64,000 bases of DNA from IMG/VR virus record IMGVR_UViG_3300035565_000042, positions 19,394-83,393 of that record. One strand, given 5' to 3'. How positions within the stretch are numbered: the stretch's first letter is position 1; every line of letters begins with the position of its first letter. Under the pieces are notes generated by a model. It had not been told where the DNA came from. It made no database searches and worked only from the letters and a program-made list of their open reading frames with translations. Source of the DNA: a virus. Shown piece by piece: positions 1 to 9,434 of the stretch. The position numbers and the translations under genes were made by a program.

Positions 1-1
1 T

Positions 2-2080
2 GCTGTAAGTACGGTAAGTCTTGATACTGCATTCCTTGATCTCACAGATACCTTTGCAAGTTATTCCGGGAAAGCTGGCTTTGCTGTTGTTGTTAATTCC
101 GGAGCTACAGGACTGGAAGCTACTGCAAAACCATTTCTGCAAGGAGTAAATGCTGATTTTCAACTGCACGAAATAAAGAACATCGTTATTGATCACGTCA
201 CATCAAATCCAGCAACTCCCTCTGAAGGTCAGTTATGGTACAATACTACAACTCATATACTGAGGTATTATGATGGAACTAACAATATCGATATCACGAA
301 TCTTGGCGGTAACTTTCATTCTCTCTCTTCCTCTTCTTATCTTTCCACTCATGAGATCCCGGTCTATGATACAATAGGTGGTGCTTATCATAAGATAACT
401 CTTGGAGATTTACCAACAACTACAGAATTTGCAGAAATAGATGTAGACAGCGGAGATGACATTGTCGCTTCATCTGAAGGGGTTGTAACACTTGCTGGCG
501 ATGGAGTCCTGGCAACATTTGTAGGATCATTAACTCCGGATACTATTACTCTGACATTGTCAACACAGACAATGAATCTTATCTTTGCCGGCCCTCCAAG
601 TGGATCTGCTGCCAAACCTACATTCAGGGCAATGGTAGATGCTGATCTTCCTTCGAGTTATCATAATGCTGTCTGGGATACTCTCGTATCAACTCCATTG
701 ACTTCTCTTGTACCATATACTGGAGCAACTGCTTCTGTAGATCTTGGTGATCAGACATTGTCAACAACCGGCCGGGCAACGGTTGGTGACATAACGATAG
801 TCAATACTCCGGTTGTCTCAACTGATGCCGCCACAGTAGGATATGTAAATCTTATCGTAGCTCTGGGAATATTCTGGGTTGCAGCTGTTGAGGATATTGT
901 TTCATCATTACCAGGAGGAACACCTGCTTCCGGGCTTCGCTACATACTTTCCACTAATAAAAAAATATATACTGCCAATGGTTCTGGAGGTTATGATACA
1001 CCTTCTGCTACAACAACCGGAACAACTTGTTTCGTTAAGTCAAATGCTGCAGCTCCGACAAATGAAATAGGGCCCTACACATACAATGGATCAGACTGGG
1101 TTTATATTGGAGCCGGCCAGATACATAATGATCTTTCGTCGATACAAGGAGGAACAACTGCAGAATACTATCATCTTACTTTAGCACAACATGCTGTTGC
1201 TATCCAGGCAGCCACGGATAGTCTTAATGGTTATCTTTCTTCTGCAGACTGGTCATACTTCGATTCAAAGGCTGACTATCCTCATGCTCATGATGATGGT
1301 ATCTTTGACTGGAGTATGAGCGGAAATGGATCCTACGTGGCCTACGCTGCGAAATCCGCGGGTTGTTTTGATAGTGGTGCTGTTGCTCCATCGCATACCA
1401 ATCGATTGAATTACGATGGCTATCTGTACGCTACAAAGCTTTATTCAGCCAATACTGAAGTAAGTGTTACCGGACATACTCATGCTGAGTCAACGATAAC
1501 CTTTACAGCGATAACTACAAATAACGTATCAATAACAAAACATGGTTACTGTCCTATTCTTCCTAACGATGCAACAAAGTATCTTGATGGTACGGGTGCC
1601 TGGACGGTTCCGGCAGGAAGTGGTGGCGGATCATCATTATGGTCAAGATCTGGTACTGTACTCTCTACATTGAATGCCGGAGATAAGGTTGCCATAGGAA
1701 GTACAACACCTGGTACATATATGCTTCACGTTACCGGTAATGGTTATTTTACTGGAGCTGTACAGGTAAACTGCGATATCCGGAATAAGATAGTTCTTGG
1801 GCCGGTTGAAGATGTCCTTGACAATATAATGAATATTGAGACCATAAGATTCATATACAAGGATGACGAGTTCAAAGAAAAAAGATGTGGTTTCTCAGCT
1901 CAGAATGTAAATAAGTTTTTCCCTTGTGTCGCTTCTTATTATGAAGAAACAGATCAGTATGGTATCGATCCTATTGGTGTAGGAGCTATGAATACAAAAG
2001 CTATACAGGAGCTCAGGGCCAGGTTTGAAAGAAGACTTGAGTTGCTTGAAAATGAGTTTGCAGATATCATAAGAAGATAA
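2..2080 (+). CDS. Tail fibre/spike protein with C-terminal intramolecular chaperone (peptidase S74-like); 5'-truncated by the window
   Basis: Frame +2 is open from base 2, so the ORF is longer than the 557 start in the track. Gly/Thr/Ser-rich fibre segments. C-terminus CDIRNK...GFSAQ...FP...KAIQEL plus coiled coil matches the S74 chaperone pattern. Confidence 0.8.
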   Translation, partial: AVSTVSLDTAFLDLTDTFASYSGKAGFAVVVNSGATGLEATAKPFLQGVNADFQLHEIKNIVIDHVTSNPATPSEGQLWYNTTTHILRYYDGTNNIDITNLGGNFHSLSSSSYLSTHEIPVYDTIGGAYHKITLGDLPTTTEFAEIDVDSGDDIVASSEGVVTLAGDGVLATFVGSLTPDTITLTLSTQTMNLIFAGPPSGSAAKPTFRAMVDADLPSSYHNAVWDTLVSTPLTSLVPYTGATASVDLGDQTLSTTGRATVGDITIVNTPVVSTDAATVGYVNLIVALGIFWVAAVEDIVSSLPGGTPASGLRYILSTNKKIYTANGSGGYDTPSATTTGTTCFVKSNAAAPTNEIGPYTYNGSDWVYIGAGQIHNDLSSIQGGTTAEYYHLTLAQHAVAIQAATDSLNGYLSSADWSYFDSKADYPHAHDDGIFDWSMSGNGSYVAYAAKSAGCFDSGAVAPSHTNRLNYDGYLYATKLYSANTEVSVTGHTHAESTITFTAITTNNVSITKHGYCPILPNDATKYLDGTGAWTVPAGSGGGSSLWSRSGTVLSTLNAGDKVAIGSTTPGTYMLHVTGNGYFTGAVQVNCDIRNKIVLGPVEDVLDNIMNIETIRFIYKDDEFKEKRCGFSAQNVNKFFPCVASYYEETDQYGIDPIGVGAMNTKAIQELRARFERRLELLENEFADIIRR

Positions 2081-2081
2081 T

Positions 2082-4022
2082 ATGTCAAAACTTGCTACAT
2101 CTGATCTTTCTACAGATGATATAAAGATTGCACTTGGATTACAAGGTGTTCAGTCTATCGAAGATTTATGCACAAGTGAGAATGTAAAGCCAGAAGGACT
2201 TGATGCTACATATTGTCCCGGAGCTCAGTCTTATAATAAACTGATAAATCTTCGAACAGAACCATACGATATCAGTAAGTTTCGTGGTTATGATCCGAGT
2301 GATAGAATTACTGTTCTTGACAATAGTAATCTGATCCATAAGTTAAATGCCGGAGAATGGGATTCTTCTCTTATTCTTGGGATCGATCATCGTTGTGTTG
2401 TTCGTGGTTCTGATGGTTATACATGGATCGGAGCCGAGACATCTTTATATCCTGGCAATGAAGGATTATACCGATATACCGGTACTGGGATGGGATGGAA
2501 AGTTCCTGCTTCATATCTTTCCGGATCATTTGTATATTCATTACTTGTAGATAACGATGGCAAACTCTGGATTGGCACAAGCAATGGAATAACAATCTAC
2601 GATCCGATTGCTAATACATGGACAAAGTATACTGCATCTTCACCTTATGCTTCTGGTAAGATGACAAATAGTAACGTAAAGTGCATGCTCCTTGATAGTG
2701 TGGACGGTTCTATATGGCTTGGTACTTTGCGAGAACTCATTAATATCAAAGTCTTAAATAGTAGTCTTGGATGGATCCGATATACATATCCGGTACTATC
2801 TGACTATGCGGTACTATCAATAGCTCAGGATGCAGCCGGTGATCTTTGGATTGGTACTATGTTTGGCGGTGTTACCAAAATGAATCACATAACTCATGCA
2901 ACTACATTTTATAAAGTTGCAGATGGACTTGCAAACAGGCGAGTAAATTCCGTGAAGATTGACAGTAGTGATGTCAAATGGTTTGCAACTGCATCAGGTC
3001 TGTCTGTATATGATGGTACGTGGACAACGCTAACTACAACTGATGGTCTGGCAAATAATAATGTTCTCTGTCTTGTTGTAGATAATGTAGACTGTAAATG
3101 GATTGGCTGTCATGGAGGATTATCAAAAATATTCAGAAAAACAGGAACGATTCAGACGTGGTATTTTAATGGATTACATGATCCTAATGATGAACCATCA
3201 CCTGGTATTGATAGTATAAATGCCATTTTTGCTGAAGTTGCTCCTGTAGTTCCTGATGCTGTTGTTGCTACCGCAGGGGTAGATATTGATGAGTGGTCAT
3301 TTACGGCTCATTGGAATATTTCTGAACTTGCTTTAGGATATTATCTTGATGTTTCAGAGGATCCTGCTTTTGCTACTTTTGTTTCGGGTTTTAATAATCT
3401 TAATGTTGGTAATGTTCTTTTATATGGAGTAACTGGTCTTACTCCAAATATTAACTATTACTACAGATTAAGGGCATACAATAAAAACGGTACAAGCAGT
3501 AACTCAAATATTATAACATATAATATAGTACATCAATATGATGATTGGTTCTTGCCATCTCTTGATGAGTTACAGGCAATGTATGATCAATTGCAACTAC
3601 ATGGAATAGGTAACTTTTCTATTATTAATTCAACCTATTGGTCTTCAAGTGAAGGTTCAGTTCCGGCAACTTCTGCTAAGGCTATTGATTTTTCAAATAG
3701 TTCAACATGGAATAATGTGAAAAGTAATTCTGCCGGCCCATGTACTAGAGCCTGCAGAGCATTTACGTCTACTAATCATTCATACGCATTAAGAGATACC
3801 GGTCCGGCAGGAGGATGGATATTCTGGAAGTCAGGGAATAATTATCTTGAATGTGCTGTATCAGATTTAAGTAATACCCAGTCATGGAGTAATGTTACAA
3901 ATCTTGCTATTGGTACTACTGGAACTGCAATAGGAACCGGTCAGTCAAATACAAATAAAGTAATAGCGCAGGTTGGTCATATAAACAGTGCTGCTAAACT
4001 TTGCAATGATCTTATAGTATAA
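2082..4022 (+). CDS. Putative virion adhesin: beta-propeller (two-component regulator propeller-like repeats) + FN3 + DUF1566/Lcl C-type-lectin-like domain
   Basis: Repeats such as VYSLLVDNDGKLWIGTSNG and VLSIAQDAAGDLWIGT; FN3 motif VTGLTPNINYYYRLRAYN; DDWFLPSLDEL...YWSSSE...RACRAF. Confidence 0.75.
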   Translation: MSKLATSDLSTDDIKIALGLQGVQSIEDLCTSENVKPEGLDATYCPGAQSYNKLINLRTEPYDISKFRGYDPSDRITVLDNSNLIHKLNAGEWDSSLILGIDHRCVVRGSDGYTWIGAETSLYPGNEGLYRYTGTGMGWKVPASYLSGSFVYSLLVDNDGKLWIGTSNGITIYDPIANTWTKYTASSPYASGKMTNSNVKCMLLDSVDGSIWLGTLRELINIKVLNSSLGWIRYTYPVLSDYAVLSIAQDAAGDLWIGTMFGGVTKMNHITHATTFYKVADGLANRRVNSVKIDSSDVKWFATASGLSVYDGTWTTLTTTDGLANNNVLCLVVDNVDCKWIGCHGGLSKIFRKTGTIQTWYFNGLHDPNDEPSPGIDSINAIFAEVAPVVPDAVVATAGVDIDEWSFTAHWNISELALGYYLDVSEDPAFATFVSGFNNLNVGNVLLYGVTGLTPNINYYYRLRAYNKNGTSSNSNIITYNIVHQYDDWFLPSLDELQAMYDQLQLHGIGNFSIINSTYWSSSEGSVPATSAKAIDFSNSSTWNNVKSNSAGPCTRACRAFTSTNHSYALRDTGPAGGWIFWKSGNNYLECAVSDLSNTQSWSNVTNLAIGTTGTAIGTGQSNTNKVIAQVGHINSAAKLCNDLIV

Positions 4023-4046
4023 AAAAAGAGGCCTAAGCCTCTTTTT
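4021..4046. terminator. Bidirectional intrinsic terminator at the convergent junction
   Basis: AAAAAGAGGC-CTAA-GCCTCTTTTT, with A and T tracts on either side, between convergent genes. Confidence 0.8.
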
Positions 4047-4596
4047 CATTACCATCGTCAATCTTCTCTGGATCAAACTTACTTATCCCCGCCAGTTCTG
4101 TGTAATGAATAGTCAGAAATACATTACCGGTAACCCAATCAATAACCTTTGGTAATGACCAGTTCAATGCTTCTTCCGGTAGGAATGGATTTACTTCTTT
4201 CCCTACAGCAAGTTTTGCACGGATAGACTCAGGAATATCAACTGTATCCCATGCGACAACAAAGTATCTTTTTATCTCCTGCATTGAGTCATCCTTCTTT
4301 GGAGCCATGCGTTGCGGAAGAATAAGATTTGCAACCTTTGACTTTATCTGCTTTCCGGGAGCATCAATGACATAGATTCTTCCATTGACCGGTTCGCTTT
4401 CGCACTTTGGTATCTCAATGGATTTATACTCTATTTCTTCTTCGGCTTTTACAAACTTTTGTCGGAAATCTTCTGTAACTAATCCTGGGGATACTACTCC
4501 GGATAATACAGGAGACTCACGGTCGCCTTGTTCATCTGACGGATGACCAATGTTATCAGCCATTTCATTTATTTCTTTCTTTCTTTTCTCTTCCAT
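4033..4596 (-). CDS. GroES/Cpn10-like co-chaperonin with N-terminal extension
   Basis: EPVNGRIYVI...LILPQ...FVVAW...LAVGKEV...FLTIHYTELAGI follows the GroES strand pattern. Start moved to MEEKRKK to avoid overlap with UDG. Confidence 0.5.
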   Translation of the reverse strand: MEEKRKKEINEMADNIGHPSDEQGDRESPVLSGVVSPGLVTEDFRQKFVKAEEEIEYKSIEIPKCESEPVNGRIYVIDAPGKQIKSKVANLILPQRMAPKKDDSMQEIKRYFVVAWDTVDIPESIRAKLAVGKEVNPFLPEEALNWSLPKVIDWVTGNVFLTIHYTELAGISKFDPEKIDDGNEKEA

Positions 4597-4597
4597 T

Positions 4598-5479
4598 TTA
4601 TGATTGTTTTTGTGGTTTAGTTGAAAATGCTGCTTCAATTTCGTGAAGATAGTTAAAATAATTGTCACGATTTACAGGAATATGCAAAATCAGATCTTTG
4701 TCGATGTAGTTGCATATCTTGTCTGCCTCGATAGGATAGTGTTCGCGAACTATTGCCTTGGCTTTAGCCTTATCAAAGCATGAGTCAAGATCAACCTGGT
4801 TATAGATGTTCGACTTATTGATCATTGGAAGTATGTCCCTGACAATACTGAAGTGCCGGCATCCGGTAAACTTATCGGTACCGTTGGAGTCTTTATATAG
4901 TTCAGCAGCTGGGTGTGGCGCTGTAAGGACTACATGCTTGGGATTCTTGATGTATTGCTGGTATTCCTGAGCATCCCGGCCCCAGAGAAGATATATGACC
5001 TGATGTTCTTTTTTGTCAAGAGCCTTGAAAACTTCTTCTATAACCAATTCCCATCCTTTTCCTTTATGAGATCCTGACTTGTTCTCTTCGACGGTAAGAA
5101 CTACGTTTAACAAGAGAATGCCAAGTTTCGTCCAGTTTGTAAGATCAGCTGTAGGAAAGAACTCTTCAATGGTTACGTTGTGGAAATATTGAATGTTTAG
5201 ATCTTGGTATATCTCCTTGAAGATAACCTCAAGAGATTTGGGCCACTCTTTCTTTCGTGAAGAGAATGCCAGACCATCAGCGACTCCTTCCCACGGATAT
5301 GGATCCTGACCGAGTATTACTACTTTAGTTTGCTCGTAAGTACAGAGATCGAATGCCCTGAATACATCTTTGCCTTCCGGATAGATCTTCTTGTTCTGGC
5401 GCTCAGACTTCAGAAATGCCTGTAACTCTCGCATCCTTGGAGTTGAGAGAACCGGTGTTAGTATTTCATTCCAAGTCAT
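4598..5479 (-). CDS. ung: Uracil-DNA glycosylase, family 1
   Basis: KVVILGQDPYP, GLAFS, LLLN.VLTV, SHKGKGWE, LLWG and HP motifs. Confidence 0.95.
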   Translation of the reverse strand: MTWNEILTPVLSTPRMRELQAFLKSERQNKKIYPEGKDVFRAFDLCTYEQTKVVILGQDPYPWEGVADGLAFSSRKKEWPKSLEVIFKEIYQDLNIQYFHNVTIEEFFPTADLTNWTKLGILLLNVVLTVEENKSGSHKGKGWELVIEEVFKALDKKEHQVIYLLWGRDAQEYQQYIKNPKHVVLTAPHPAAELYKDSNGTDKFTGCRHFSIVRDILPMINKSNIYNQVDLDSCFDKAKAKAIVREHYPIEADKICNYIDKDLILHIPVNRDNYFNYLHEIEAAFSTKPQKQS

Positions 5480-5633
5480 GATTCGTCTTTTAGATTATCA
5501 AGGATACTCTTAAGTTGATCCCATGTACGATACAATGGATTAATGAAATAGTCTGTTCTCCATGAATATGCTGACAGATTACCATTGAAACATCTTTTGA
5601 TAAAATATCCTCTATACATTAATGGATGTTTTG

Positions 5634-6110
5634 TCATGTATAATGTTTTAGATCGATTTGAAATTTGTTGTACTTATAGTGTTCGGCCGGCTTAGGATTG
5701 ATGTCACATTCCATAACAAGCCACATGATGACTTCATTTATGTATTTAGCCATCTCTGTCTTACTTCTCACTATTTCATTGAAATCAGGAACTGTTTCAA
5801 CAACTTTAAGACTTCCGTCTTTCATTGTTATGTTTCTCATAGTTCCACGGACTTCCTGAAGAAGAATAGAATGAATTTCTTTTTCTTTCATTCCTCCAAA
5901 GGTATTTGAGTTCATGCATTCCTTCCGGATGATACCACCGAAGTAATATGCCAGTTGGTTCCGGGAAGCTCCGGGAGTATCTTCTTCAATGATAGCATAC
6001 CCCCGTTTGCCTTCCAGATTTCTTTTGCAGAGCTCAAACATATCCGGACTTTCCCAGTTGAACTTCCCATCGGTTACGGTGAAGAAGTGCTTATATGCAA
6101 GCTCTCTCAT
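5634..6110 (-). CDS. NinB/Orf-like recombination mediator (putative)
   Basis: SRNQLAYYFG...EMAKYINEVIMW...INPKP resembles the NinB family. Confidence 0.55.
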   Translation of the reverse strand: MRELAYKHFFTVTDGKFNWESPDMFELCKRNLEGKRGYAIIEEDTPGASRNQLAYYFGGIIRKECMNSNTFGGMKEKEIHSILLQEVRGTMRNITMKDGSLKVVETVPDFNEIVRSKTEMAKYINEVIMWLVMECDINPKPAEHYKYNKFQIDLKHYT

Positions 6111-6112
6111 TT

Positions 6113-6826
6113 CTACCAGTTACCTTCAACGGTCTTTCCTGTTGCTGGCTGATCAGATGATGGTTCTGGTCCTAATGAATCAGGTTCATCAGATCCTTCG
6201 ATCTTATATCCGCCTGCATATTTTCTGAACTCATCAGATGTAGCCGCTTTTTTCTGCAACCATTTTGGCATCTTTTCAAAAAGATCCTTATCGAAGCCAT
6301 TGGTTGCAATCTTGTCCCAATCCCAGTTGTAGTAAGCATTGACGACAGGAAGTGCTTCGACATTCTTTGGTACCGGCATGATACCATTGAATTTAAGGTT
6401 TGTGTTGGCATTGGTTGCTACAGAAACTTCTTTGCCGATGTAGTCCTTCTTGCGTTTATGTATAAATGATATGAAACATGGTTTGCCGATCATTACTGCC
6501 GGGTCGAATGACTCTTCCTCTTTTTCATCAAGAGGCCTGTTTCTCCATGAGGAAACGAGTTTTGACAGATTGGACTTGTCACCTGTTACGGCTGTCAGTT
6601 CCATGCCAATAACGAATGGCTGTTCGCCCTTGTCGGGATTGAATGTTGCAAGTAATCCTGGGAATTCCCACGTGATGTAGATCTTTCTCTGCTTGCCTTT
6701 TGCTTCTCCTTTGAAAAATACCGGAACTGTTCCGATATCGATTACTGAATAACATCTTGCGAATGCGGTTTGAGGTTCGGGCAGCGGTACTGAATTAAAG
6801 TTACCGCCTTTTGTGGCTTGTGTCAT
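6113..6826 (-). CDS. Putative phage ssDNA-binding protein
   Basis: ARCYSVIDIGT...IYITWEF...LIGKPC-like pattern with acidic C-terminal tail; replication context. Confidence 0.55.
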   Translation of the reverse strand: MTQATKGGNFNSVPLPEPQTAFARCYSVIDIGTVPVFFKGEAKGKQRKIYITWEFPGLLATFNPDKGEQPFVIGMELTAVTGDKSNLSKLVSSWRNRPLDEKEEESFDPAVMIGKPCFISFIHKRKKDYIGKEVSVATNANTNLKFNGIMPVPKNVEALPVVNAYYNWDWDKIATNGFDKDLFEKMPKWLQKKAATSDEFRKYAGGYKIEGSDEPDSLGPEPSSDQPATGKTVEGNW

Positions 6827-6899
6827 AATTAATAAAGATTTAGTGTAACAATAAGTGAAGATTAATTTAATGATAATTTTCTTTCCAACGTATGTGTAT

Positions 6900-6930
6900 C
6901 AAATGTAAGTTGTTATAGCGAGATATCAAA
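6900..6930 (-). promoter_or_regulatory. Bacteroidota sigma-A type promoter
   Basis: Minus strand reads TTTG-N19-TACATTTG, the -33/-7 consensus, upstream of the 6826 gene. Confidence 0.65.
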
Positions 6931-7420
6931 GTTTGCGTCCTATTATTTTCATCCATTGTTCATAACTCCAAACTTCCAATCCTTTGCTCTTTCGATACTC
7001 CATGAGTTCCCGCCATCTTATTTTGAATCGTTCCCGATGCCATAGTTTTTTCAGATATGCACGTTTCTTATTGCATCGTCTTATATGTGCGGCCAGTTCT
7101 GCATCCCAGCGTCTTTGTCGTTCCTGCATGGTCATTCCAAGGAACCCGAGTTCGTCTATCTTGACATAAACACCAAGTCGCATCCGGTTTACTATTCTTG
7201 TGAAAAAAAGTCTTATAACCCGTTCTACCAAGTTATAAGACAAATCCATTCCCTGTTCTTTGCCATCTTCAACGATTTGTCTGATGATCAGGTTCCATCC
7301 ATGGGGGCCATCAAAAGGAACTTTACCTGACGACGTACTGGTCGTCGATATAGAATTTAATGCCCGGTAAGGTCTCTCGTCCTGAATGCAAATCCTCTTT
7401 GATTTTCTCTCTGTTTTCAT
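6926..7420 (-). CDS. HU/IHF-like DNA-binding protein (start uncertain)
   Basis: VERVIRLFFTRIVNRMRLGVYVKIDELGFL resembles HU helix 2 and beta-strands; basic C-terminus. The listed start overlaps the upstream gene. Confidence 0.45.
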   Translation of the reverse strand: MKTERKSKRICIQDERPYRALNSISTTSTSSGKVPFDGPHGWNLIIRQIVEDGKEQGMDLSYNLVERVIRLFFTRIVNRMRLGVYVKIDELGFLGMTMQERQRRWDAELAAHIRRCNKKRAYLKKLWHRERFKIRWRELMEYRKSKGLEVWSYEQWMKIIGRKL

Positions 7421-8375
7421 TTATAAAAGAATATATCTTTGATTCATCAACACTAAGAAGATCTCTGGTTACTGATAATTCATCAACAACAGTATACTTC
7501 AGCTGACCTCTTATTCCTTTCCCTGCATCAGCAACTACAGCTTCATTAGCTTTATCTTCTTTCTTTATCGCTCTTCCAATCTTCTTATCTGTTGTTTCAA
7601 AGTTCTCCTTACTCTCAACTTCGGCTGCAGCACGTTTCTCGGATATCTTCTCAAGAGCCTTTGTTCTCTGATATGGTTCCAGGTGTTCAGCTTCGATGAT
7701 CAGAAGGCTTGCCTTGTGTTCAGCCAGGCGTTTGCGTATCTTGCGTACCATTTCGCTGTAAAGCTCGGAAAAATATTTGAATGTCTCTTCTTTGGGAAGA
7801 CTTCCGTCAAGCCATGTGGAAAGATCATCACAGTCAGAAGATTTGATACAGCCGGAACTTTGTTTGTTCTCCCCATTCTTGTTCTGCCAGTTGCCACCAT
7901 ATATCCTGGCATTAAGCTGGACTTCAATCCTGTTGATCTTGGCATTTTCTTCAGTCATCTCTGCCTGTTTGACCTCAAGTTCCTTGTCCTTTGCTTCTTT
8001 CTCAACTCTGGCTGCAGCTTCCTGGACGACCTTATAGTTAGCGATCTCTGAAGTGATACGGACCTTGATCCGTGTAAGCATATCGGTGACAGTCTTGAAA
8101 TAACTGTCAATAGCTTTTGATGTGGCCAGATATGGTTCTTTCAGTATTACGCGAGTATTCTCAACTTCCTTGAGATAACCAACTACGTTTGCCGCATTGT
8201 TTTCGGCTATTGTCAGGATCTCCGGAGTGGTGATCTTCAGTTCAAGACTCATCTTGTCAAGTTCAGGAAGTTTATCCTGGATGATCTTGACCTTAGATGC
8301 CATTGTTTCTACCGGCATCAGTGATTCAGTTTTCTTTACTGCCTTGGTTGTTTCTTTGTCTTTAGTTGCTTTCAT
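7323..8375 (-). CDS. Coiled-coil phage protein
   Basis: 350-aa E/K-rich ORF ending in ...ETLPGIKFY, a C-terminal motif common in phage coiled-coil proteins. Confidence 0.5.
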   Translation of the reverse strand: MKATKDKETTKAVKKTESLMPVETMASKVKIIQDKLPELDKMSLELKITTPEILTIAENNAANVVGYLKEVENTRVILKEPYLATSKAIDSYFKTVTDMLTRIKVRITSEIANYKVVQEAAARVEKEAKDKELEVKQAEMTEENAKINRIEVQLNARIYGGNWQNKNGENKQSSGCIKSSDCDDLSTWLDGSLPKEETFKYFSELYSEMVRKIRKRLAEHKASLLIIEAEHLEPYQRTKALEKISEKRAAAEVESKENFETTDKKIGRAIKKEDKANEAVVADAGKGIRGQLKYTVVDELSVTRDLLSVDESKIYSFINENREKIKEDLHSGRETLPGIKFYIDDQYVVR

Positions 8376-8547
8376 GATTATTACTTATTGTACATTATAG
8401 TTTAATTGTTTCGATTTGTGCAGGTATGTAGACAATAACGGGGTCGGATTATGGAATAATTTATCTTCAATCTCTATCAGTCTTGCCTTTGGATGCACTG
8501 TTGCTCCATAATGACGTAGTTTTCGATGAAGATAATACCTACTTGCA

Positions 8548-9432
8548 TTACTCATCTGTATTTATATTTTGTACAATTTTCTTGAGTGACGATCTGTATT
8601 CCTTCGTTTCTTCTCTTTCTTGAATGAGAAGTTCTGTGAATCTACCCTGGTCAAATATACTATTGATGGCGTCGGTACACATCTGCTGGAGTTGTTCCGG
8701 TTTTATAGCGTCCAGTTCGACCTGTCCAAGTCCTGTCCACTTTGCGGTCCTCACATCAGATTCTTTTGCTGGTGCCGGTGGAAGGTTCCATTCGATAACC
8801 TGATCTTCCATTAAAGCTATTCTTCTTACTTCAACTTCAACACCAAACTTCATGAAGTTCTCATAGATACTTCTCGGAATATCTTCCCCGGAAGGATCGT
8901 AATCACCGAAGTATATTATTATTGGCTTCTTTCCTTCTTCCACTGCATTCTCAAATCTTTTTGATGCTTCATGAAGGAATGTCAATGAAGGATATCCCTT
9001 GCATGCACCAAGTGTCACACCTTGTCTTGTAGTAACTGGATTGAATACTCCTTGGAGTGCTTTCTTTTCGATGAATACTTCGGGATAATATTCCTGATTT
9101 TCCCATCTGTTCTTTGAATAATATTGCATCCAACTTTTGATAGCATCTTCGGCATCAAGGATCGCTTCATTAACATTTGTCTGTTTGAACTTCGTTTCAC
9201 CTATCATGACACGGTCCAGATCAGAGAATTGGTCAAAGTCAATATCATTATTCCATCTGGCATCAATCATTGCTGTAACTACACGTTTGTAGTGATTGAT
9301 ATCATTGGTCATGCCAATACCTACCAGTTGGTAATGTAAGGATCTCAAAGTAAGAACTCCAAATGCATACCTACTACAGATCTCAATAGAATGTTCTATG
9401 ATCCACTGTTTTGTAAAAATATCTTTTTCCAT
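8548..9432 (-). CDS. Topoisomerase VI subunit A/Spo11-like (5Y-CAP + TOPRIM; Mini-A-like) protein
   Basis: TLRSLHYQLV (candidate catalytic Tyr), EVFIEK, KGYPS, YFGDYDPSG, ELDAI. Confidence 0.7.
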   Translation of the reverse strand: MEKDIFTKQWIIEHSIEICSRYAFGVLTLRSLHYQLVGIGMTNDINHYKRVVTAMIDARWNNDIDFDQFSDLDRVMIGETKFKQTNVNEAILDAEDAIKSWMQYYSKNRWENQEYYPEVFIEKKALQGVFNPVTTRQGVTLGACKGYPSLTFLHEASKRFENAVEEGKKPIIIYFGDYDPSGEDIPRSIYENFMKFGVEVEVRRIALMEDQVIEWNLPPAPAKESDVRTAKWTGLGQVELDAIKPEQLQQMCTDAINSIFDQGRFTELLIQEREETKEYRSSLKKIVQNINTDE

Positions 9433-9434
9433 GA

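Noticed and set aside
3535-3780. Diversity-generating retroelement targeting the DUF1566 domain
   Set aside because: No reverse transcriptase ORF and no second near-identical copy (template repeat) seen in this window; one could exist outside it.
8548-9432. Wadjet (JetD) defence system
   Set aside because: TOPRIM similarity only; no JetABC/SMC genes nearby.
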